IMG/VR virus record: IMGVR_UViG_3300010429_001617
Source: a virus
Lineage: Duplodnaviria; Caudoviricetes
Direction: 5' to 3' (one strand)
DNA: 64,000 nucleotides
This document shows positions 18,761 through 28,450 of the stretch, piece by piece. Each line of letters opens with the position of its first letter. Positions within the stretch are counted from its first letter, which is position 1. A program made the position numbers and the translations under genes. The notes beneath the pieces are model-generated. The model had not been told where the DNA came from and did not search any database. It saw only the letters and a program-made list of their open reading frames with translations.

Positions 18761-19728
18761 GCTGGGTCGTAATTTGCCTTGTAAGTGTTATTCCAATATA
18801 AATTTTCACCATTTAATTTTTTTAAATTGTCACTGGTGGATAATAAATTGTATTTGAAATTAACATACATTGAATCAAATGGGCAATAATTTGGAAACTT
18901 CGTTTCTTCCAGTTGTATTATAAAATCGTAATTCAATCCATATGAAACCGCTCCCTTAGACTTCAAATGATTTGTTATCAGAATATCATTTATCGAACCG
19001 CCACCCAATTCACCGTAATAATTACCATATACTATTTGATGTGTACCAGCTTTATTTTTTCCGTTATCAACAAATTGTTCGCCTTCTTGAAAAGTTTTTC
19101 TGGCAACAATTCTGCCTTCTCTTATCAAAACAACGGCTCCAATATTTTTTGGATTTTTCGTGTATATATCAAACCATGATTTATCAGGCTCGGCATAACC
19201 AGAACCCCCTGGCTCCTTCTGCCCGAAATTGGCACAAGTGAAACCAAACTTTTTTAAATCTAATTCTTTAGTATAGTTATAAGCTCTTAAAATATCATCA
19301 CCTCTCAGCTCAACAATTTCCACTCCTTCTTTTGAAAAATTGTTTTTTAATTCCTTATTGAAAGCATCAATGTCCAATGGTGTCAAATTTTTATCTAAAA
19401 ATTCATCTTTATAAAATAATTTTATAGCTCTTGACATTTTCATCGAAGTCCTCCTTTTACTGTTCCATGGATCTGGTTCTTCATTAAAATATCTTGGTTT
19501 TAAAAACGTCAGATTTCCTTCATTATCATATGATAGATAACTTGGAAGATCTTCTTGTAGATTATGTGGTTCCACAACAGCGTTGAATAAATCTATATAA
19601 AGAAAAGAAAGTTTGTTCTTTATTTTCATTAAAAGAGTATAAAGTTCGTTTGATATAAGAATTCCCCTTTTTCCTCTTATGTTCTTATATTGCTCGTTTA
19701 TCAAGAATTGTTTGAAATTTATAAGCAT
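18748..19728 (-). CDS. hypothetical protein with capsid-targeting-like leader
   Basis: MLINFKQFLINE|Q; late promoter at 19754. Confidence 0.6.
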   Translation of the reverse strand: MLINFKQFLINEQYKNIRGKRGILISNELYTLLMKIKNKLSFLYIDLFNAVVEPHNLQEDLPSYLSYDNEGNLTFLKPRYFNEEPDPWNSKRRTSMKMSRAIKLFYKDEFLDKNLTPLDIDAFNKELKNNFSKEGVEIVELRGDDILRAYNYTKELDLKKFGFTCANFGQKEPGGSGYAEPDKSWFDIYTKNPKNIGAVVLIREGRIVARKTFQEGEQFVDNGKNKAGTHQIVYGNYYGELGGGSINDILITNHLKSKGAVSYGLNYDFIIQLEETKFPNYCPFDSMYVNFKYNLLSTSDNLKKLNGENLYWNNTYKANYDPAYNK

Positions 19729-19797
19729 AGATTTTTTTTTTCTTTTTATACCTTATATATTAATTTTTTTTTCTTATTTTTTTTAATATATACAGAT

Positions 19798-20379
19798 ATG
19801 TTGAAGACATTTGAAAAATTTTCTAATTTGTATCCAAAAAATAAATGGGTAAGATTAACTCTATATGACAAGGAATATCTAAAAGATGAATTGTTTGCTA
19901 TAATAGATAATGCTTATTCTCCAATTGGAGGTCATGTTAGAATTGTATCAGCCGATTCTATAGTGAAGGATAAAGATTTAACTTATTGGATAGCGGCGGA
20001 TATAGATTACGATCCGGATGTTGATATTGTTATATTTGGAAAGAAAACGAATTTTGGTTATAAAATATCTGGTTTTGGTCATGATGGTTTAATTAAATCT
20101 AAGATGTTATTAATGAAAAAGTTGGCACAAATATTAAAAAAACAAGGATATTATTTAGAAGTTTCTGGCAAACCAGCCGAAATATTAATAAACAACTATA
20201 ATGTGTCATTCATTGATAGTGAAAAAGATATAGAAAAATTGTTTCCGGGCACATATATAAATTGGTATGGTAAGCACCCAGATGGAAAATATGGAATTAT
20301 TGATGGATTTTATAGTAGAATTTTGAATAATGGAGAATTAACAGAAGTAGAAATAATACTAGGTAATCCAAATATTTAA
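19798..20379 (+). CDS. hypothetical protein with MLKTFEKF leader
   Basis: Start reassigned to ATG just after TAATATATA (19784); AYSPIGG motif. Confidence 0.55.
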   Translation: MLKTFEKFSNLYPKNKWVRLTLYDKEYLKDELFAIIDNAYSPIGGHVRIVSADSIVKDKDLTYWIAADIDYDPDVDIVIFGKKTNFGYKISGFGHDGLIKSKMLLMKKLAQILKKQGYYLEVSGKPAEILINNYNVSFIDSEKDIEKLFPGTYINWYGKHPDGKYGIIDGFYSRILNNGELTEVEIILGNPNI

Positions 20380-20451
20380 AAAAATATTATTTTATTGACT
20401 TAAATTATTTTATATATATGTTAGTATATAAAAATAATAATTTAATAAGTA

Positions 20452-21171
20452 ATGGTCGCACTTTTTAAAAAACCTTCTTCAACATCAGGTACATCTGGCA
20501 CATCATCTTTATATGATGCGACATTGGTTAGAAACGGAACATCTGGAACATCTGGAACATCTGGAAAATCTGGAACATCTGGAAAGAATGGCACGTCTGG
20601 AACATCTGGAACAGGATTATCTGGTTCACCTGGTACCTCTGGAACATCTGGAATAGGATTGCCTGGTTCACCTGGTACATCTGGAACATCTGGAACAGGA
20701 TCACCTGGCACATCTGGAACATCTGGAACAGGATCACCTGGCACATCTGGAACATCTGGAACAGGATCACCAGGATTGCCTGGTTCACCTGGTACATCTG
20801 GGACATCTGGGGCGGGATTACCCGGTACATCAGGCACATCTGGTAAAAATGGAACATCTGGCACTTCTGGGGTTGGAACACCTGGTACATCAGGCACATC
20901 TGGTAAAAATGGAACATCTGGCACTTCTTCTAATTACACACAAGGTGGTGGCATCAATATAAGTAACAATATAATTAGTGCTAACATTGATAATAACACA
21001 ATAAAATTGTCTGGTTCAACAATGTATATAGAAACAAAGGAATTTTGGTCGCCTGCTCCATCATCTCCGACTTCAAAAGGTATCGCTGGTGATATGGCTT
21101 ACAGTTCATCTTATTTATATATTTGTGTTGCTGCGAATACTTGGAAAAGACTGACATTATCTTCATTTTGA
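20452..21171 (+). CDS. collagen-like (GTS)n fibre / virion decoration protein
   Basis: Long Gly-X-Y run (GTSGTSG...); C-terminal PSSPTSKGIAGDMAY...YLYICVAANTWKR seen in phage fibre proteins. Confidence 0.75.
   Translation: MVALFKKPSSTSGTSGTSSLYDATLVRNGTSGTSGTSGKSGTSGKNGTSGTSGTGLSGSPGTSGTSGIGLPGSPGTSGTSGTGSPGTSGTSGTGSPGTSGTSGTGSPGLPGSPGTSGTSGAGLPGTSGTSGKNGTSGTSGVGTPGTSGTSGKNGTSGTSSNYTQGGGINISNNIISANIDNNTIKLSGSTMYIETKEFWSPAPSSPTSKGIAGDMAYSSSYLYICVAANTWKRLTLSSF
20534..20928 (+). repeat. 9-bp-period coding repeat (ggaacatct)n
   Basis: Tandem ggaacatct/ggcacatct units with higher-order duplications. Confidence 0.85.
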
Positions 21172-21246
21172 GTTGTAATTATCTGACAAATAGTATATTA
21201 TTTGTTAATATTATAACTTTGTTATCTGAATAACAAACATCGTGCC

Positions 21247-21283
21247 AAACATCGATTTTTTTTGAAAAAATCGATGTTTTTTT
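21247..21283 (+). terminator. rho-independent terminator
   Basis: aaacatcgattttt...aaaaatcgatgttt inverted repeat plus T run. Confidence 0.65.
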
Positions 21284-21379
21284 ATTTTTTTATCAAACTT
21301 TTTTATAACTTTGTTCTATAAAATATAGAAATCAAGTAATTAATAATATTATTAATAAATTTAAAAAAAAAAACGCATT

Positions 21380-21724
21380 ATGGAAACATCAAAAGAAAAT
21401 CTGGAATTTAAAGGAGTATTCTTTGAATCCTTATCAAGAAACAACAGTAAGATCAGAAAAGATCGCGCTGTTTCTATCGCTGAAGACGCTGAGATGATCT
21501 ATCGCAGAGAAATCGAAGATATGATTGTCGAATTGAAAAAACTGAGAAGGGAGCGTGAAAACATGCTCGATTTATCGCCTACAACAACAGATAGTTTGAT
21601 ATTAGCATCTGATTTTAATTCTAAAGATTTCGTTAAGAGAGATTTGGACTTAGCTGTTAGAATCAGGAATTTGGAAATCAAACTGGAACTAGCCGAAGAT
21701 AGATTTAAGTACTTATTCACCTAA
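21380..21724 (+). CDS. hypothetical coiled-coil protein, first gene of vWA/AdSS cluster
   Basis: 114 aa, helical; TAACTTTG at 21306. Confidence 0.65.
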   Translation: METSKENLEFKGVFFESLSRNNSKIRKDRAVSIAEDAEMIYRREIEDMIVELKKLRRERENMLDLSPTTTDSLILASDFNSKDFVKRDLDLAVRIRNLEIKLELAEDRFKYLFT

Positions 21725-21741
21725 AAAAAAAATTAAAAGTC

Positions 21742-22608
21742 ATGGGATACACTAGGTATATACAAGAAGATAGAGCTTTAAGATCGGCCAGTCTTGGTTA
21801 CGCCACAAAAAGCGCTAATGAAATCTTTACACAAAGCTCTTTGAAACGAATACACGAATCAATGTCCCCAACAGGAATCAATAAAAGAGAGTGTTTTGAT
21901 TCCGAAAATCACCCAAATACAATACCAGTGATATTGGTACTTGATGTAACTGGAAGTATGGGAAAAATACCACATTTACTCGTACAAGATGGATTACCAA
22001 AACTTATGGAAAAGCTTTTATCGAATGGCCTGGATGACGCTTCAATATTGTTTTTGGGAGTTGGTGATCACACAATAGACAGAGCTCCTTTACAAGTCGG
22101 ACAATTTGAGTCGGGTGATGCAGAATTAGATTTGTGGCTGACCAGAACTTGGTTGGAAGGCGGCGGTGGAGGAAATGAAGGTGAAAGTTATTTTCTATCT
22201 TGGTACTTCGCTGCTAATCACACTGTTACTGACGCCTTTGAGAAAAGGGGAGAAAAAGGATTTCTTATTACGGTTGGAGACGAGCCATGTTTAAAAATAC
22301 TACCAAAAAATGTCATAAAAGAATTATTTGGTGATGATGTTGAAAAATCTTATACTGATTATGAATTATTAGAAATGGTAAGTGAAAAATGGAATGTTTA
22401 TCATTTACATATAAATCACGGCCCAAGATCTGAAAAAGCAATGGGATACTGGAAGGAACTTTTAGGAGATCATTGTATAGAAGTAAAAGATTATAAGACT
22501 GTTCCACAAGATATTTCTGATGTGATTTTATCTAACGGTTTTTCGCCATCAAAGAAATCGATACCACAAATTGATGAATTTATCAAAGAAGACGATTTCA
22601 TTTTGTAA
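21742..22608 (+). CDS. vWA-domain protein
   Basis: MIDAS LDVTGSMG, GGGGNEGESY, ITVGDEP. Confidence 0.8.
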   Translation: MGYTRYIQEDRALRSASLGYATKSANEIFTQSSLKRIHESMSPTGINKRECFDSENHPNTIPVILVLDVTGSMGKIPHLLVQDGLPKLMEKLLSNGLDDASILFLGVGDHTIDRAPLQVGQFESGDAELDLWLTRTWLEGGGGGNEGESYFLSWYFAANHTVTDAFEKRGEKGFLITVGDEPCLKILPKNVIKELFGDDVEKSYTDYELLEMVSEKWNVYHLHINHGPRSEKAMGYWKELLGDHCIEVKDYKTVPQDISDVILSNGFSPSKKSIPQIDEFIKEDDFIL

Positions 22609-22620
22609 AAGAAAAAAAAA

Positions 22621-22649
22621 ACGGGGAGAATAAACCTCCCCGTTTTTTT
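22621..22649 (+). terminator. rho-independent (possibly bidirectional) terminator
   Basis: acggggag/ctccccgt stem flanked by A and T runs. Confidence 0.75.
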
Positions 22650-22701
22650 ATTAAAATAAAAATAACTAATTTTGCTACTAAATAAAATAAACAGTAAAAA
22701 T

Positions 22702-23805
22702 ATGAAATCTCACATTGTCATTGGATTAGGCTTCGGCGACGAGGGTAAGGGAACAATGGTTGATTACTTGGTTTCAAAAACAAACAAAAACATAGTCGTT
22801 CGTTTTTCAGGTGGTCAACAGTGCGGACACACTGTAATTAGAAATGGTATAAAACATGTTTTTTCTAATTTTGGTAGCGGTTCCATACAAAATGTGCCAA
22901 GTTATTTTAGTGAGCATACGACAATATTTCTAAATACCATAGAAAAAGAGAAAATATTATTAAAAGAAAAAGGAATCGATCCAATATTATATGTTCACCC
23001 CATAGCTAAATTGACAACGCCATATGACGTCGCATACAATAGAATTATATCTAGAGTGAATGGACACGGTAGTTGCGGATTAGGTATAGGTCAGACAATG
23101 AGCCGCAATATATCAACAGGATATAAATTATTTGCTATTGATTTGATCAATAAGCCTATGTTAAAAGTAAAATTAGAAAATATTAAAAATTACTATGAAA
23201 ATCTGTGTAAAATTGGTGATTTGAAAAATTTTGTAGAAGAGTATTCAAAATTGGAGGAAGACTTTTTTAGAATAATTGATAGTGAGGATTCATTATTTGA
23301 AATCGAAGATTACGAAATATTGAAATCATGTGATAATTTGATTTTTGAAGGTTCACAGGGTATCTTATTAGATATGGATCATGGCATCTTCCCAAATGTG
23401 ACTTATGCTAATACCTCTTCAAAAAATGCTATAGAGATATGTAAAAAAATTGGTTGTGATGATATTGAAACATATTGTGTTACAAGATGTTACCAAACCA
23501 GACACGGCCATGGATGGATGAGTAATGATAAAGAAATAGAATTGATAAACAACGAAGAAGAGATAAATGTGTTAAACGAATATCAGGGTGAGTTTAGAAT
23601 AAGTGAAATAGATTATGATTTAATAAATTATTCATTATCAGTAGATAACATTTACAATAAAACTGAAAAAAGTTTAGTTGTAACTTGTTTGGATCAAAGA
23701 CCTGATTTTAAGTTTAATTATGATGTGATAAAGAACATTGAAAAATTCAAAGTTTATATTTCTGAATCACCTGTATCGAGCAACATTTATGTCGATAGAT
23801 TTTAA
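22702..23805 (+). CDS. adenylosuccinate synthetase-like protein (divergent)
   Basis: GLGFGDEGKG, RFSGGQQCGHTV, HGSCGLG, FEGSQGILLD, YQTRHG, VTCLD; aspartate-binding loop not conserved. Confidence 0.85.
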   Translation: MKSHIVIGLGFGDEGKGTMVDYLVSKTNKNIVVRFSGGQQCGHTVIRNGIKHVFSNFGSGSIQNVPSYFSEHTTIFLNTIEKEKILLKEKGIDPILYVHPIAKLTTPYDVAYNRIISRVNGHGSCGLGIGQTMSRNISTGYKLFAIDLINKPMLKVKLENIKNYYENLCKIGDLKNFVEEYSKLEEDFFRIIDSEDSLFEIEDYEILKSCDNLIFEGSQGILLDMDHGIFPNVTYANTSSKNAIEICKKIGCDDIETYCVTRCYQTRHGHGWMSNDKEIELINNEEEINVLNEYQGEFRISEIDYDLINYSLSVDNIYNKTEKSLVVTCLDQRPDFKFNYDVIKNIEKFKVYISESPVSSNIYVDRF

Positions 23806-23828
23806 TATATAATAGAAAAAATGGAATT

Positions 23829-24440
23829 ATGAAAACACTTTTTGTTATTAATCCTCATTCAATTATTGATGTTATAACTAATTCATCATCAGAACTTTAT
23901 GTTTTTAAAGGGAAAAATAAGGAAACTATTGAAAAAATGATAGAAGAAATTTATCCAAATTATTTGAGAGAATATGAACCCATTGTTAATATAACGGAAT
24001 TGAGTTCGGGCGAATTGAATAATTTTATTTGGTATCATACTCAACCCGATGGATGGCCTTCTAATAGAGAAGATTATAATTTGATTGGTGATTACACATT
24101 CGATGAATTATATGAACCTGTGAACAGATTTGGTAGAATTGAATATAGGTTGAAAGATAATAGGTTTAAAAAAACAAAAATTAAAAAATTTAATGATTTC
24201 AAAAAAAATGATTTAGATGATCCCTGGGGGGAAGAATCTAATGATAATATTGATGTAATTGATCAATATGAATTGAGAGATTGGATGAGAAAGTTTGTCA
24301 CAGATGATAATATTCAAGAAGTAATAAATAGAATAGATCCAGATCACGAGATGTATTTTATGTATTCTATTGGGGAAAATCCTGATTGGGAAGAGCAAGA
24401 AAAATTAATGAAAATCGGAGATAGATATCACTTAGGTTAA
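23829..24440 (+). CDS. hypothetical protein (DVITNSSSE family) with internal DDPWGEE
   Basis: IIDVITNSSSELYV N-terminus; adjacent to radical SAM gene. Confidence 0.6.
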   Translation: MKTLFVINPHSIIDVITNSSSELYVFKGKNKETIEKMIEEIYPNYLREYEPIVNITELSSGELNNFIWYHTQPDGWPSNREDYNLIGDYTFDELYEPVNRFGRIEYRLKDNRFKKTKIKKFNDFKKNDLDDPWGEESNDNIDVIDQYELRDWMRKFVTDDNIQEVINRIDPDHEMYFMYSIGENPDWEEQEKLMKIGDRYHLG

Positions 24441-24441
24441 A

Positions 24442-25275
24442 ATGTTGAAGATAAGGGAAGATATAAGCTCTAATTACAGAGCTGTGTGGATAAATGGCAA
24501 AACAATAAGATTCACCATTAAAAAAAATATGCCAATCTCTGAATTGGAATATCCAGAATTCTATGATGTTAAGTTGACCGGGAAATGTTCTCACGGCGGT
24601 TGTGAATCGTGTTATATGGATAGTAGTCGGAATGATTTCCATTATGAAAACATAGTTGATAAGATTCTGGATTATTTTGGTAAAATGGATGAAAATCAAA
24701 GACCTTTCCAAATAGCTTTCGGTGGCGGAGAACCAACAGAACATCCAGATTTTTTAAGCATTTTAAAAACGACGCGTGAGTTAGGTATAGTTCCAAATTA
24801 CACGACAAATGGGTCCTTTATAATTTTTGATAACAAAGATTCTATAATAGAGTACACAAAAAAATATTGCGGAGGAGTCGCAGTGTCTTGTCACAAACAT
24901 TTAGAAAAATATTGGAAAAAAGCCGCTGAATTATTCTTGGAAAATGGAATAATGACAAATTTCCATATTGTTATATCGGATAGTGCTAGTATTGATTATT
25001 TTTTAGATATTTATAGCGAATGGGAAGATAAAATTTCTTATTTTGTTTTGTTGCCGATAATAAATAAGGGCAGATGTAAAGACAAAAACATTGATTTTGA
25101 TTATCTAAAGAAGATGTTACCCGAGAATAAAAACAAACTAGCTTTCGGCGCGCACTTCTATGATTTTCTAAAAGAAAATAAAGAAATCGGAGCGTCTTTA
25201 TACGAACCAGAAATAATGTCAAAGTTTTTGGATCTAAAAGATATGAAGTTATATAAAAGTAGTTTCGATTTTTAA
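24442..25275 (+). CDS. radical SAM protein
   Basis: CSHGGCESC cluster motif, AFGGGEPTEHP, NYTTNG. Confidence 0.85.
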   Translation: MLKIREDISSNYRAVWINGKTIRFTIKKNMPISELEYPEFYDVKLTGKCSHGGCESCYMDSSRNDFHYENIVDKILDYFGKMDENQRPFQIAFGGGEPTEHPDFLSILKTTRELGIVPNYTTNGSFIIFDNKDSIIEYTKKYCGGVAVSCHKHLEKYWKKAAELFLENGIMTNFHIVISDSASIDYFLDIYSEWEDKISYFVLLPIINKGRCKDKNIDFDYLKKMLPENKNKLAFGAHFYDFLKENKEIGASLYEPEIMSKFLDLKDMKLYKSSFDF

Positions 25276-25352
25276 AAAACATATATGAATGATTTTCTAA
25301 AAAATTTTCCTTTTATTGGTAACTTCAGACAATAGATGTTAAAAAAGGAGTA

Positions 25353-26285
25353 TCAATACGATGAAACAGGTATTTGATATATTAGTTTCACGTTACAAAT
25401 GAAAAAATTATATTTGTCTGTGTTATTGGATACAATTGGATTTTCTTTTGAATTTGAATAATTCATATTAATATCTATTCCATACATATCTTTGGACCAA
25501 CCTCTGAAAACGAACTCGAAAGAATAATAATCCTTTTCTTGATTATCTAAGAATTGTTTCCCGTATGAAATTCTTGGTATCATGATGAAATCATCACCAT
25601 TGATAAGAAATTTATAAAAAATTGTGCCGGAATATATGTCGTAGTTTATTGGACTAAAATAATGCTCGGATGTAAAATCCATGTCGGAAATTTTTGAAGT
25701 TAATATTAACCCGAGATTTTTAGTAGGATATCCGACAATCTTAAATGTTTTTATCCCGCGTGTATTTTTATCTGTGATTATTTGATATACATAAGCTCCA
25801 ACAAATGTTAGTCTATTACTTAAAAATGAATAGTCCATAGATAGACTATTGTCGAAAAAGCATAGATTGTTTTTTATAGAGTATAGTGTTCCTATATAAT
25901 CCTTGGAACCATTGAATTCAAAATACATATGATTACTCGGTCTAACTGTCATCAAAACATCATATTTCAATAAAGAACTGCCGTCTCCGAAAACATAATC
26001 AAAATTGAAATTGGATTTCAAAAATCCAACGGAATCTTTTATTTGATAATTCAGTCCAAAATAATTCAGGACAATATTATCGTTATCCTCTGTCGTCTCG
26101 TGTGTTCCGAATTTCGCACCTAGCATTAAATTTTTGTTTAATATGTGGTTGTATCCAATGTCATACTTCCAAAAACTTGTTTTATCGCTATCTCCAAAAT
26201 GGTAGACGTTAGTTTGAATTCTTTGCCCGAATCCAAATAGAGATAAAATTAAAAATAAAGTTGCAAAAAATGTTGATTTTTTCAT
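25353..26285 (-). CDS. outer-membrane beta-barrel protein (PgaA/YaiO-like export porin)
   Basis: Signal peptide MKKSTFFATLFLILSLFGFG; alternating aromatic beta-strands; HYFSP motif; terminal strand VKLIYQI. Confidence 0.6.
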   Translation of the reverse strand: MKKSTFFATLFLILSLFGFGQRIQTNVYHFGDSDKTSFWKYDIGYNHILNKNLMLGAKFGTHETTEDNDNIVLNYFGLNYQIKDSVGFLKSNFNFDYVFGDGSSLLKYDVLMTVRPSNHMYFEFNGSKDYIGTLYSIKNNLCFFDNSLSMDYSFLSNRLTFVGAYVYQIITDKNTRGIKTFKIVGYPTKNLGLILTSKISDMDFTSEHYFSPINYDIYSGTIFYKFLINGDDFIMIPRISYGKQFLDNQEKDYYSFEFVFRGWSKDMYGIDINMNYSNSKENPIVSNNTDKYNFFICNVKLIYQIPVSSY

Positions 26286-26737
26286 TTCTTTGAAATTTTA
26301 AAATTGTTAAGATTTATTTTATATCCTCTTATAAAAGACTCAATGTTCAAATGATGATTCATATTGTCTATTAATGATTTGGATTGTTCGTAGCAGTCGA
26401 TGCCTTTCGATTCGCCGCTGTGTAATAAAAATGTTGTTGGATATTTTGTTATTTTGGATTGATCGCCAACACAGAGCTCTATTTTCCATTTATCACCATA
26501 TTCCCAATATCTTTTGTCCACACAACGAGTCAAGAAAAAAAGTCCCTGCTCTCCTTTTTGGGTAAAATCCACTACATAAAAAAATATTCTCATCGGATTT
26601 TTATTGTGTCCAGAGCAACTTTCAAAGGTTTTTAAACCAGGCAAAGAATTTATAGCATCACAAATATCAACGACTTCTTTGTCTATTTGTGAATCGTATT
26701 CAAAATGACCATCTATTTTTATTATTTCGTTTCCCAT
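26282..26737 (-). CDS. TYW3-like domain hypothetical protein
   Basis: ID...ICDAINSLPGLKTFESCSGH pattern. Confidence 0.5.
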   Translation of the reverse strand: MGNEIIKIDGHFEYDSQIDKEVVDICDAINSLPGLKTFESCSGHNKNPMRIFFYVVDFTQKGEQGLFFLTRCVDKRYWEYGDKWKIELCVGDQSKITKYPTTFLLHSGESKGIDCYEQSKSLIDNMNHHLNIESFIRGYKINLNNFKISKK

Positions 26738-28029
26738 TTTTTCCTAAGATTTAAAAATTCACTCACATATCCACTTAATGTTGCTGGCACAAGCATTGCT
26801 TGATAGAAAAGAACGAAAAATATCAACCCTATTATGTTCTTATTCATTTTTATATCACATTGTTTTAAAATTCTTTTTTGTATCATAAAAATTATTGAAT
26901 TTAATAATAATCCAAGTGGTAAAATCAATAAAGTTAGCCAACCAGCCATTAAATAATATTTAAAAAAGACAGCAGCTATAACTGATGGTATAAAGACAAA
27001 CGAAAAAGATGCATCTATATAAGGAAACATTAAGTTATACCATATGAACGGCAATATTCTTTTTGGTTTTAATAATAATATAGATGATGATTTAAAAGCT
27101 TCAATAAGACCACGTGACCATCGTTTTCTTTGTTTAAAAAATTGTTTATATGACACTGGGACATTTGTGAAAACAATTGCATTTGTGTCGTGATAAATGT
27201 GATATCCTTTTTTTAAAAGTTGCCAAGTTAGGACTATATCTTCGCCAACAGTATTCGACCATCCACCAATTTCCATTAATTTATCTTTTTTATAGATAGA
27301 AAATGCTCCTTGAGCGACTAGTGTTCCATTATAAGAAGATTGGGCTTGTTTGACAGATGATATGCCGAGTAAATAATCCCACTGTTGTATTCTGGTCATT
27401 AGATTTTTATTGTAATTATTTACGAGTATTGTGCCAGCGACTGCCACGGTTTTTTCATCACAGCTATCTAATGTTGAAACAATCGAAGTTAAAGCGTTTA
27501 TGTGTAAAATGGAATCAGCGTCTATTGTGATGATTCTATCATATTTTGATTGTGAAAGCCCGACATTCAAAGCATTAGATTTTCCTTTATTTTCAGAAAT
27601 ATCTATTATTTGATAATTATATTTTTTATTAGGAATATATTTTATGAAATTATTAACCAATAAAGATGTTTTGTCCTTCGACCCATCATTACAAACAATA
27701 ATTTGGATGTCACCATTATATTCTTGATTTTCAATAGAATGTAATGTATTTAATATTGTTTCTTCTTCATTGTATGCGGCTATCAATATTGTTATTGGAG
27801 GTAAAGAAATAATGTCTTTTTTTCTAATTCTTTTGTCTAATAATAGAGTCGAATAAACGAAAGCCATAGCGAAACCAGGTATAAAAGCGATACCTATAGT
27901 AAAAAAATATGTTAGAAAATAACCAAAAACATTTTTAAGATCATTTATCCAGGGAATAGCTATTGAATATGAAGCAATTACCCATAAAAAGGAAAATAAT
28001 AGCGCAGCAACAAATTTTATCTTAGTCAT
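26722..28029 (-). CDS. processive GT2 glycosyltransferase (PgaC/IcaA-like polysaccharide synthase)
   Basis: AAYNEE, NDGSKD, GKSNALN, IDADS, GED, QRKRW; N- and C-terminal TM helices. Confidence 0.9.
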   Translation of the reverse strand: MTKIKFVAALLFSFLWVIASYSIAIPWINDLKNVFGYFLTYFFTIGIAFIPGFAMAFVYSTLLLDKRIRKKDIISLPPITILIAAYNEEETILNTLHSIENQEYNGDIQIIVCNDGSKDKTSLLVNNFIKYIPNKKYNYQIIDISENKGKSNALNVGLSQSKYDRIITIDADSILHINALTSIVSTLDSCDEKTVAVAGTILVNNYNKNLMTRIQQWDYLLGISSVKQAQSSYNGTLVAQGAFSIYKKDKLMEIGGWSNTVGEDIVLTWQLLKKGYHIYHDTNAIVFTNVPVSYKQFFKQRKRWSRGLIEAFKSSSILLLKPKRILPFIWYNLMFPYIDASFSFVFIPSVIAAVFFKYYLMAGWLTLLILPLGLLLNSIIFMIQKRILKQCDIKMNKNIIGLIFFVLFYQAMLVPATLSGYVSEFLNLRKKWETK

Positions 28030-28171
28030 ACGAGCAGTGTTAGTTTAGTGAGTATATACGATATTGAATAATATCCCTATTATTCGGAATCAAAATTATA
28101 AAAGAATTTGTTAATAAAAAAAATATTTTATAAAAAAATTAAAAAAACTTTCTAGAAATAGAAAAATATTT

Positions 28172-28179
28172 TATCTTTG
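28172..28179 (+). promoter_or_regulatory. Bacteroidota-type -7 promoter element TAnnTTTG (representative)
   Basis: TATCTTTG here, at 39336 (+) and 44713 (-); variants at 21306, 22667, 34118, 34800 (+) and 28091 (-), each upstream of host-type genes. Confidence 0.5.
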
Positions 28180-28183
28180 TAAT

Positions 28184-28417
28184 ATGATTTACGTGATAAT
28201 ATACATACTAATATCTTTTTTGTTTTTCTATCTTTCTGGTAAGATAGAAAAGGATGTGTCGTTTTTGAGAAAAACAATTATTTCTGTTTTTTGGTTACCT
28301 CTATTACTTATAATTATAGGCGATGCTTTATGGCTTGTTGTGTCTGGATGGTTCATTAGAGAAAATGATGAAATAGATGATTTTGAAGAAAAAGAAGATA
28401 AGAACGCGAATGAATAA
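28184..28417 (+). CDS. small membrane protein
   Basis: Two hydrophobic segments, acidic tail. Confidence 0.6.
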   Translation: MIYVIIYILISFLFFYLSGKIEKDVSFLRKTIISVFWLPLLLIIIGDALWLVVSGWFIRENDEIDDFEEKEDKNANE

Positions 28418-28450
28418 AAACTTTTTCACTTCTAACCATTATATTGTATT

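Noticed and set aside
20442-20924. Minus-strand PDVPDV and MFQMFQ ORFs
   Set aside because: Shadow frames of the (GTS)n repeat; the plus-strand gene has a promoter and a recognisable C-terminal domain
22702-23805. PurZ (2-aminoadenine DNA pathway)
   Set aside because: Retains the catalytic Asp in GDEGKG (PurZ has Ser); no dATPase or MazZ-like neighbours recognisable
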